From a bacterium (GTDB lineage Bacteria; UBA8248; JACPRG01; G963555815): a DNA stretch of 64,000 nucleotides. Shown in pieces: positions 55,147 to 64,000 of the stretch. The first letter of the stretch is position 1, and each line of letters starts with the position of its first letter. The position numbers and the translations under genes were made by a program. The notes under the pieces were generated by a model. It searched no databases. It was not told where the DNA came from and saw nothing but the letters and a program-made list of their open reading frames with translations. The stretch lies in NCBI GenBank assembly GCA_965261595.1, contig CBDHDG010000007.1, positions 800,001 through 864,000 on the forward strand, in the 5' to 3' direction.

Positions 55147-56097
55147 TTATCTCAGCACAGCGTTCTCGGTCGCACCATTGGCGAGGTGAGATATTTTAAC
55201 CAGGTTTTCCATCTTGTGAAACCAGCACCGCTGATGGGGCGTGAAGGGGTAGACCACCTCCAGCGCCGCCAACAGCCCCGGGTTGCCGTCGGTGATGATG
55301 AGGCGAAGGGAGTGACCCAAAAGCCCCCGGTGGTAGAGGTCGTCGAGGAACTTCGTCCACGTGGCCTCGCTCTCCGAGTCGGCCAGACGGAAGTCGATGA
55401 TCTCCCGCCGGCCCGCGAGTGTGACGCCCATCGCGCACAAAAGGACCTTGCGCCGGCTTCTCGACGCCCCGCGCACCTTGAAAGCCAGGCCATCCAGGAA
55501 CACACAACGGTAGTGGTCGCTCAAAGGGCGGTCGTGGAACGCCGCAACGTCTCGGCTGAGCGCCGTGCACACCCGCGAGACGGTGGAGGCGCTCACCGCT
55601 TCACCCAACAACCCCTTCACGCACGCCCCCACCCGGCGGGTGGACACCCCGGCCAGGAAGCAATCGCGAAGCGTGCGGTCCACCACCGCCCGGCGGCGCC
55701 GGTAGCGCGAACGCCCGGCTCTGAAAGCCGCCGCCGCGAACCCGGGGCACACGCAGGGCGCGGATCAGCCCCCCCTCGGTCCCCAGGTCCCGGACGTAGT
55801 GGCCGTTGGCCCAGTCGCGCCGCTTGGGCGTGCGCTCCCGGAACCCGGCCGCCAGGTAGACGGCCCGCTCCTCGGCCATCAGGCCCTCCAAAAACCCTTT
55901 CAGGCTCGCCTCGATGGGCAACTCCACCTCCCACGTCTCATTCAGCTCTTGAAATGCCCGGCCCAAATCCTTATCCCCAAAAAGCAACTTCGGTTGCATT
56001 GGGTGTGCTCCTCCAAAATGGGTTTCTTGCTCCCAGGAAGAGTACACCCTCTCTTTTTGCCCGAAAACACTTTCTACACACAAAACGGTACATCACC
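55147..56097 (-). mobile_element. IS256-family remnant (frameshifted, 3'-truncated)
   Basis: NGHYVRDL..VPRVR, GVSTRRV, FLDG, ITDG and QRCWFH motifs; end-like GGTGATGTACCGTTTTGTGTGTA. Confidence 0.8.
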
Positions 56098-56551
56098 GGG
56101 CATTCGCCCGCCGTTGACAGAATCGGGTCCGGCGCGTATAAAATAAATGAATGAAGGATTGAATGGCGTTGCCCTCAGAAGAGGGAGGATCTTATGAAGG
56201 TGAACGGGGAAAGGATAAACCGAGGTATGCCAGGGTCCCGCATGGTCCCTTCGGACCACCCTCCGCGCAAACCATGGTTTGACAATCCAAGGCCCCGTCT
56301 CTCCTTCGCCTTTCCGTGTCGATAGCCCCCTTCTAACCGTTTCAAAAGCCTCACATTTCGACAGAAGAAACCGCCTTCCTCAACCAGAGGTGCGGCTGAT
56401 GTTTTTCGGGAATAATTCCCGGAAGATAGCCGTTTTGTAAAGGAGGGGATGTCGTAAAAATCCCCATTTTTGGAAGTTCCAGCGCCGCGCCCGAGGTGGA
56501 TTCGCCTCAAGAATCAGCGCATCTTAGGAAGAGAGAGGGAGGGAAAAGACA

Positions 56552-57400
56552 ATGTCGGAAGGATACGCAAACCCCGAAATGCTGGTCAGCACCGACTGGG
56601 TCGCCGAGCACAAGGCCGACCCCAACGTCCGGCTCATCGAAGTCGATGTGGACACGGCGGCGTATGATGAGGGGCACATCCCCGGCGCCGTCGGCTTCAA
56701 TTGGCAGACCCAGCTTCAGGACGGGCTTCGCCGCGACCTCGCGTCCAAGGGGAACCTCGAGAAGCTGATGGGCGAGAGCGGCGTCTCTCCGGATACGACG
56801 GTGGTCGTCTACGGGGACAACAACAACTGGTTCGCCGCCTGGGCGCTCTGGCAGCTCAAGCGCCACGGCCACCAGGACGTGCGCATCATGAACGGCGGCC
56901 GGGTCAAGTGGCTGGCCGAGGGCCGCGAGACCACGAAGGATGCCCCGGGCGTCACGCCGACCACGTACAGCGCCCAGGACCCGGACGACTCCATCCGCGC
57001 CCGGCGGGATCAGGTCATCGACGCCGTGAACAAAGGGGACGTGAATCTGGTCGACGTGCGCTCGCCTGATGAGTTTTTCGGAAAACTCCTCGCCCCTCCG
57101 GGGCTCGAAGGCAAAGAAGGGTGCCAGCGGGGCGGACACATCCCCAGAGCCAAGAACATCCCGTGGGGAAAAGCCGTCAACGAGGACGGGACCTTCAAAT
57201 CCGTCGGGGATCTCCGGGACCTCTACGGAGGGCAGGAGATCGACGGCAGCGGCGAGACCATCGCTTATTGCCGGATCGGCGAGCGATCCTCGCATACGTG
57301 GTTTGTCCTGAAACACCTGCTCGGCCACGAAAACGTCCGCAACTATGACGGTTCCTGGACCGAATGGGGGAACATGGTGGACGTTCCCATCGAGAAATAA
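56552..57400 (+). CDS. Thiosulfate sulfurtransferase (two-domain rhodanese, SseA/CysA type)
   Basis: LVSTDW, GHIPGA, YCRIGERS and NYDGSWTEW motifs. Confidence 0.93.
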   Translation: MSEGYANPEMLVSTDWVAEHKADPNVRLIEVDVDTAAYDEGHIPGAVGFNWQTQLQDGLRRDLASKGNLEKLMGESGVSPDTTVVVYGDNNNWFAAWALWQLKRHGHQDVRIMNGGRVKWLAEGRETTKDAPGVTPTTYSAQDPDDSIRARRDQVIDAVNKGDVNLVDVRSPDEFFGKLLAPPGLEGKEGCQRGGHIPRAKNIPWGKAVNEDGTFKSVGDLRDLYGGQEIDGSGETIAYCRIGERSSHTWFVLKHLLGHENVRNYDGSWTEWGNMVDVPIEK

Positions 57401-57469
57401 GGTCGTGCGGCCGGATGGTCTTGCCGGTCCCGCGGGATCGGCAAGACCGCGAGGTCCACCCTGAGGAGA

Positions 57470-58399
57470 ATGCTTTTAATGGCGACGAGCAACCGGAAAT
57501 TGGTTGAGCAGTATCCCCTGTTGAGCCTGATCGGGAACACGCCCCTGATTCCCATCCGCCTGTTCGAAGAGACTTGTCCGGGCGTGAAGGTGCTGGCCAA
57601 GGCGGAATTCATGAATCCCGGCGGCTCGATCAAGGACCGGCCGGTGCGCCGGATGCTCCTTGAGGCCATCGCTTCGGGCGCCCTCACGTCCGAGAAGACG
57701 ATCCTGGACTCCACGTCGGGCAACGCGGGAATCGCCTACGCGATGATCGGGGCCATTCTCGAGCAGCCGGTTCTCCTCGTGATGCCGGAAAACGCCAGCG
57801 AAGAGCGTAAGAAGCGGATCCTGGCGCACGGCGCGCAGGTGAAGTTCACCGATCCCATCCTGGGGTATGACGAGGCCCTACGCGAGGCTCACCGGATTTA
57901 CGAGGCGGATCCCGGCCAGTATTACATGGCGGACCAGTATAAGAACGAAAACAATTGGCGGGCCCATTACGAGACCACGGCCGAAGAGATCCTGGCCCAG
58001 ACGGAAGGCCGCATCACTCACTTTGTCGCGGGGGTCGGGACCGGCGGCACCATCACCGGAGTCGGCCGGCGTCTCAAAGAGTACGACGCCTCCATCGAAG
58101 TGGTTCTGGTGGTTCCGGAGGAATGGCCGGGCGTGGAGGGTCTGAAACCCCTCGGTCCGGGCTATATCTCGCCCGAGATTTTCGATGAGGGCGTTGTGGA
58201 CCGCAGGGTTCCCGTCGAGATTGACCGCGCCTTGGATCTCTGCCACCGGGCGGCCCGGGAAGGGTTGTTTGTCGGGCAGTCTTCCGGGGCCTTTCTGGCG
58301 GGCGTGGAGGTCTTGACGCGGGAGATGCGGGAGGGAACGGTCGTGACCATCCTGCCGGATATGGGGGAGCGGTACTTCTCGACGCGTCTTTGGGATTAA
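57470..58399 (+). CDS. PLP-dependent cysteine synthase (CysM-like)
   Basis: IGNTPL, NPGGSIKDR, TSGNAG, GVGTGGT and DMGERYFS motifs. Confidence 0.9.
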   Translation: MLLMATSNRKLVEQYPLLSLIGNTPLIPIRLFEETCPGVKVLAKAEFMNPGGSIKDRPVRRMLLEAIASGALTSEKTILDSTSGNAGIAYAMIGAILEQPVLLVMPENASEERKKRILAHGAQVKFTDPILGYDEALREAHRIYEADPGQYYMADQYKNENNWRAHYETTAEEILAQTEGRITHFVAGVGTGGTITGVGRRLKEYDASIEVVLVVPEEWPGVEGLKPLGPGYISPEIFDEGVVDRRVPVEIDRALDLCHRAAREGLFVGQSSGAFLAGVEVLTREMREGTVVTILPDMGERYFSTRLWD

Positions 58400-58443
58400 C
58401 CCGGCGGAACGCTCGGCCGCGGCGTCTGAAGAGCAAGAGCCCG

Positions 58444-58629
58444 TCAGGCCTTCCGAAGTTGAAGGGTCTCGCGGACGGTTTCGATCACCCGGGCGACGGA
58501 AAAAGGCTGCATCAGACTGAGGTCGGCGTCGGAGGAATCGGGGAGATTTTCTCCTTTCGGCCGGCGGCCCCAACTGGAGAAAAAGATCGCCCGGGGATCG
58601 GACGCGGTTTTCTCAATAACCTGTTCAAA
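58444..58629 (-). pseudogene. Detached C-terminal half of the kinase receiver domain
   Basis: FEQVIEK..IFFSSWG..MQPFSVARVIETVRETL* continues the frame broken at 62100. Confidence 0.75.
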
Positions 58630-60324
58630 CCCGCATTTCCCATATGGATGATAATTTTTAACGCCCCGAAGGCCGTTTTCTCGTGTAAAATCAAGGTGTT
58701 GGCCTCTCCCTGCCATCATCTTGCGAGGGGACCCGATGGGTGAAGCGAAAAAGAGGCCGTTGAGGCTCCAATTCGACGGTCGGCTCAGGCTGGAGTTTCA
58801 CGGAGCAAAGGTTACGAGTGACGCCGGTTTGCTTGCCTATCGTGAACTGGATGAGGTGTTGGGGCTGACGAAGGCGGCCGAGGGGTTTCTGTCCGATTCA
58901 CGGACGGGCGGGAACACCCGGCACAGCCTCACCGCTTTGGTGCGCCAGTCGGTCTACAGCCGCCTGGCAGGATATAAAGACACCAATGATGCCGAGCGGC
59001 TCTGTGTCGATCCCGCCATGCGTCAGGTGGTTGGGGGGCGAGCGAAGTATCACACCGCTGCCTCCACCAGCCAGATGAGCCGATTCGAGACGCAGACCCT
59101 CACCCGGCCCCTTAACCCCTCAAGGCGCTGAGCGGTCTGCCCGGTGTGTTGGTGGATCGTGTCCGCAAACGCAAGCCGATTCGCAAGCTGATCCTGGACA
59201 TGGACAGTTCGGTCAGCCCGACCCACGGTGAGCAGGAAGGCTCTTCCTACAACGGCCACTTCGGCTGCACCTGCTATCACCCACTGTTTTGCTTCAACCA
59301 GTTTGGCGATCTGGAGCGGGCGCTGTTGCGCAACGGCAAGGTCCACAGCGCTGATGACTGGCGGTCTGTATTGGAGCCGGTGGTAGCTCGCTACCGGGAT
59401 GCGAAGGTCTGTCGGTTTTTTCGAGGCGACGCGGCATTTGCCAAGCCGGAGGTGTACCGATACCTTGAGGCGGAGGGCTACTCCTATGCGATTCGGCTTC
59501 CGGCCAACGCCATCTTGTACAGGGACATCGAATGCCTTCTGACCCGGCCGGTTGGCCGACCGCCCAAAAGGCCCATTATCTTCTACCACAGCGTCTCCTA
59601 TCAGGCGGCTAGTTGGGAGAAGCCTCGCCGGGTGGTGGTGGCGGTCGAGTGGCACCAGGGCGAGTTGTTTCCAAGAGTCAGCTTCATCGTGACCAACCTG
59701 CACTGGCGGGAAGAGAACGTCGTGAGGTTCTACAACCAGCGTGGGACGGCGGAGCAGTGGATCAAGGAGGGCAAGTACGCCCTGAACTGGACGCGCCTGT
59801 CCTGCCACGGCTTTGAAGAGAACCAGGTTCGCTTGCAACTATTTGCCTTGGCGTACAACCTGGCAAACTTCCTGCGGCGGCTGGCGTTGCCCAGAGCGGT
59901 GAAGCACTGGTCGCTGACGACGTTACGCGAGAAGCTGATTAAGATTGGGGCCAAGGTGGTCACCCACGCCCGGCACACCACCTTCCAGATGGCCGAGGTG
60001 GCCGTGCCGCGTCAACTGTTCAGGGCAATCCTTGAACGAATTCGACGGTTGTGGTTACCGCCTCCCGTACCAGATACCGGATGACGGAGCAGATGGCCCG
60101 GAAGCTTAGTGACGTGGTGGAGACGGGGGATCAGTCTGTGCCGAACTCCCCTGAGTGTGCCGGTAGAGCTGGGTTTTCAAGGGATTGCGGCTTTAGGACG
60201 GCCGTTGCCCCTCGATTGAGCAGAGGGTTCTGCAAAGAGACCCTGAATCTGTAGTAAAATGGGGTACTTTGATGACACAGGAGGACCGCAGGATGGCTAA
60301 GAGTGGTCATCTGGGAAATCCCGG
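58630..60324 (+). mobile_element. IS1380-family element; transposase 58736-60084 with frameshift near 59115
   Basis: Related to 35104-36783; ends CCCGCATTTCCCATAT and CTGGGAAATCCCGG. Confidence 0.9.
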
Positions 60325-60404
60325 ATAATGTTGTGCGACGGCTCCCTGAAGAGGATCGTGAACGCTGCTCTCTGGACACTACGCCTGCGCCGTGCTGCGT
60401 TTAG

Positions 60405-62099
60405 CCTGGATATCTCACAAAGAAAGAGAGCCAAGCCGGTTTTTTTCGGGTAAACTCTTTTTGATCAACGGGTTGCCCGAAGAAAGGAGACCGACTTGAC
60501 TCGCACACAGTGTATCGCAGAACAGATGGAATTCCAAGGGTTGGGTTCTCGGCGTGTGATCGCCACTTCCAACGGCGGGGCGATCACCTCTGATGCGGGC
60601 GGTCTTTTGCTACGCGACACCGAGGGGCGGGTGAAGCTGATCGCAGGCTTCGCGGCCTGTTTTGAGGACGGTCGGGACGCGAGGCGGGTGGAAGATGAGT
60701 TGTGGGCGTTGTTGCGGCAGCGGGTGTACGCGCTGGCGCTTGGCTATGAGGACGTCAATGACCACGAGCGGCTTCGCTTTGACCCGATGCTCCAGATCCT
60801 CTCGGGCAAGCTGGAGGCCACGCGGCGCAAGGGGGGTCCGGCCCTTGCGGGCAAGAGCACGCTGAACCGTTTGGAGCGTCTTGCGGGCGATGGCGATGAG
60901 CGCTACCACAAGATCGCCTACCGAGGCGAGGCGATCGACCGGCTGTTGGTGGAGGGCTTCCTTCGGTCGCAGAGGCGGGCGCCGGGTCGGATCGTTTTGG
61001 ACATCGACGCCACCGACGACCCGGTGCACGGCTGTCAGGAGGGGCGTTTCTTCCACGGCTATCACGGTCATTACTGCTACCTTCCGCTTTACATCTTCTG
61101 CGGGGATTTCCTTTTGTGCGCTCGGCTTCGGCCCTCCAATATCGACGCCTCCTCGGGGGTGGTGGAAGAGTTGGAGCGGATCGTTGCCCAGATTCGGGCA
61201 CGCTGGCCGCAGGTGTCGATCCTGCTTCGGGCGGATTCGGACTTCTCGCGCGAGTGGATCATGGCCTGGTGCGAGGCGCAGGGGGTGGATTACGTGTTCG
61301 GCCTGGCCAAGACCTCCCGGCTGCAGGAAGCGGTGAAGGACGAGCTGGCCGAAGCGAAGGCGCGTCATCAGAGCACGGGGAAGGGGGCGCGGTTATTCCG
61401 GTCGTTTCCTCACCGGACGCTTACATCCTGGAGCCGGGTGCGGCGGGTGGTCGCCAAGGCCGAGCACCTGGCCAAGGGCGCCAATCCGCGCTTCATCGTG
61501 ACTTCGCTGGACGAGGAGGCGATCGACGCGAAGCCTCTGTACGAGCGCATCTACTGCGCCCGGGGGACGATGGAGAACCGGCTCAAGGAGCAGCAGCTCG
61601 ACCTGTACGCGGACCGGACGTCGTGCACGCGGATGCGCTCCAATCAGTTGCGGCTCTACCTGTCGGCGGTGGCCTATGAACTGATGCATGCGTTGCGTCG
61701 GCTAGGCCTTCGGGGGACGGCGTTTGCAAAGGCAACGTGTGGAACGGTGCGGACGCGGCTGCTGAAGATCGGGGCGCAGGTTCGGGTGAGCGTGCGGCGG
61801 GTGCACGTGGCCCTTGCGACGGGTTATCCGTACATGAATGTGTTCTTCCACGCCTGGCGGAACCTGCGCGCGGGGCCGGAGGGAGAGCCCGCCGTCTAAG
61901 ACAGATTGCAAAATGAACGCGCAGGGAGTCGAGGCAAACGTGCGTGCGGAGCCGAGCCAAATCGGCCAAAAAGCCCCTCTCACGGGTCAACTCCAACCAC
62001 CCACCGGCCCTGGTTCCACCGCAAAAGCGACAGACAGGAAAAAACACTCCAATTCACACCCGATAATCCATCCGCCGAGTGGGTGGTGAGAAATGCGGG
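60405..62099 (+). mobile_element. IS1380-family element of a second subgroup; transposase 60496-61899 open
   Basis: LDIDATDDPVHG, CYLPLY, RADSDF and YCARGTMENRLKE motifs; ends CCTGGATATCTCAC and GTGAGAAATGCGGG. Confidence 0.92.
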
Positions 62100-63574
62100 T
62101 CAAACCCCTTTCCGCCCATTCGCCGGTCCATCAAGATCAGGTCGAGCTTTTCCATGCTGTTTTGCAGGATGGCGGCGGCCGCCTCCGCGTCGGGGGGCGC
62201 GATCACCTCATGCCCATCCATCCGCAGGACCCGTTCGAGCAGCTCGCGGACCTCGGCCTTTCCCGCAATCACCAAGATCTTCGATGAGTCATCCGATTCG
62301 AAGGGCAGGAATTCCTGCAGCGAGATTCCTTCGAGCGGAAGATAGATGGATACGGTCGTGCCGTGGCCGGGGACGCTTTTGAGGCCGATTCGGCCGGCGT
62401 TCCGCTCGACAATCGAGCGGACATTGGCGAGACCCAGGCCCGTTCCATCCACGCCTTTGGTGGTGAAATAGGGCTCGAAAACACGGTTTGTGGTGGCTTC
62501 GCTCATGCCGACGCCGGTGTCCGTGAATCGGACGACGAGCATTTCCTCCTCCACATCGGCGGAAATCGTCAGCGTTCCGCCTTGGGGCATGGCGTCCACG
62601 GCGTTGTAGATCAACTCGGCGATCACCTCCCGAACCTCGGCCTCGTTGATCTGAATGTTCGGGAGGTCGTTGGGAAACCCGCACTTCAATTCGTTCTTGA
62701 TCCCCCGCAAGGCGGGCTCGTCATGCCAGCGGCCTCGGGTGAAGGCGACGACTTCCTCGAGGGTCGCCGCCAGGTCGAGCCGCGCGACCTCTACGTCCTG
62801 CGCGGATTTCGTGAATTCCAGGATCCGGCGGATGCAGTGGGCGCCCTGCATCGACGCCCGTTCGATGTTCTCGAGGTCCTTCAGGGATTCGGCGCCATTG
62901 TTGTCGAGCATCAAGAGCTGGGCCCGGTTCAGGATGATGCCTAGAATGTTGTTGAGATCGTGTGAGACGCCGCGCATCATGGCGCCCAGCGTTCTGTATC
63001 TTTCCGACTGAAGAAGACGGGCCTTGAAGGTCTCGAGCTCCCGTTTGAGTCGAATCTGGCTCAGGGCGATTGCGGCCTGATAGGCAAACACCCGCAACGT
63101 TTCGATCACTTCATCGGCTGGCGTTTTGTCCGAGCCCCCGAAGCACGAAAGGGCGCCCAGCACCTCTCCCTGGCTCTCCAAGGGAAGCCCGACGTACCAG
63201 GAAATTCCCGCGCTCCTCAGCCAATCGAAGGACGACCAGCCTTCTTCACCCGTCACTTGCGGGAGGACGACCGTTTCCCGCAGGGTTGCAACGCGTCCGG
63301 CAACCGTTCCTTCCAACGGAATGATCAGACCCTTCGGTCCAGCGGGTTCCGGTGTCAGCGTCTGGGCCGCGATGATCCGCAGGGACGCCCGCTGATCATC
63401 CAGCGCGAGGATGTGAATGAACGCGCCGGTAAGGGCCTCGGCGGCGGAGCGGGCGATGAACCCGAGGAGCTTTCCGGAATCGCCCTCGGTCAGCAGTTTT
63501 CGGTTGATCTCTTCCTGGATCTTGGTCTCGGCAATGCGGGATTGAGACGAAGCCGAGCCGTTTGAGCGCACCAT
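62100..63574 (-). pseudogene. GAF-HisKA-HATPase-receiver hybrid histidine kinase, receiver interrupted
   Basis: SHDLNN, NAVDAM, DTGVGM, FTTK and GTGLGL boxes; receiver DLILMD followed by IS. Confidence 0.88.
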
Positions 63575-63799
63575 GCGGCTGAGTCCTTGAATCCGTTACG
63601 CGGTAGGTATTGGAGGCGATCCATCTGATAGAAGTCTAGCATCCTTATTCATCGGATAAAACAAAGGAGGGATTGAGGGCTTAACCTGTATTTCCCACAA
63701 AGATTCCGTTACAGGCCCGTGTATGACCGCCCCTTGGATTGTTGCCGACGCATCGGGGCGGGGTAGGAGGGGGGGCGGAGACGCCGCCGCGGAAGCGGT

Positions 63800-64000
63800 T
63801 CAGCAGGCGAGCAGGATTTCCCGAACGCAGCGTGCGGCCGTCACGGCGGAGACGCCTGTGGGGTCCAGGCCGGGCGACAGTTCAACGACGTCGGCGCTGA
63901 CGACGCGGCGCCCCTCCAAGCGGTGAATCAGTCCTTCCAGCTCGCGGAACGTCCAGCCCCCCGGTTCGGGGGTCCCGGTCCCGGGCAACGTCCCGGGGTC
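63800..64000 (-). CDS. speB: Agmatinase/ureohydrolase, C-terminal end (partial)
   Basis: PGTGTPEPGG and ADVVELSP motifs. Confidence 0.75.
   Translation of the reverse strand, partial: DPGTLPGTGTPEPGGWTFRELEGLIHRLEGRRVVSADVVELSPGLDPTGVSAVTAARCVREILLAC

Overview
GC-rich bacterial chromosomal window: a housekeeping and transport backbone heavily invaded by insertion sequences. The backbone carries the 3' end of nth, two tandem MFS transporters, a PilZ protein, glycosyltransferases, LysR, a cyclase, an amidohydrolase/UbiD/UbiD/NMT1-type binding-protein cluster, an opine dehydrogenase, tRNA-Arg(ACG)-tadA-tRNA-Ser(CGA), rhodanese with cysteine synthase, a hybrid histidine kinase and the 3' end of agmatinase. 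Mobile DNA includes seven copies of one 1404-bp IS3-family element (six complete), a second IS3 element, three near-complete IS1380 elements plus remnants, IS256 and IS481 remnants, and tandem tyrosine integrases. Main observations: (1) a decayed diversity-generating retroelement whose Asn-rich template repeat lies directly downstream of the RT, with no target gene seen in the window; (2) a 3470-bp composite of two different IS1380 elements flanked by a single 5-bp target duplication, splitting a kinase receiver domain; (3) a candidate defence module (large PD-(D/E)xK-type nuclease plus a sacsin/GHKL ATPase-DUF3883 protein) in an island after tRNA-Ser; (4) a two-UbiD catabolic cluster with an atypical active-site motif; (5) two duplications of about 220-240 bp separated by foreign filler DNA. 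Many frameshifts are single-base changes in homopolymers and may be sequencing errors. All family assignments come from reading motifs by eye; no database searches were run.
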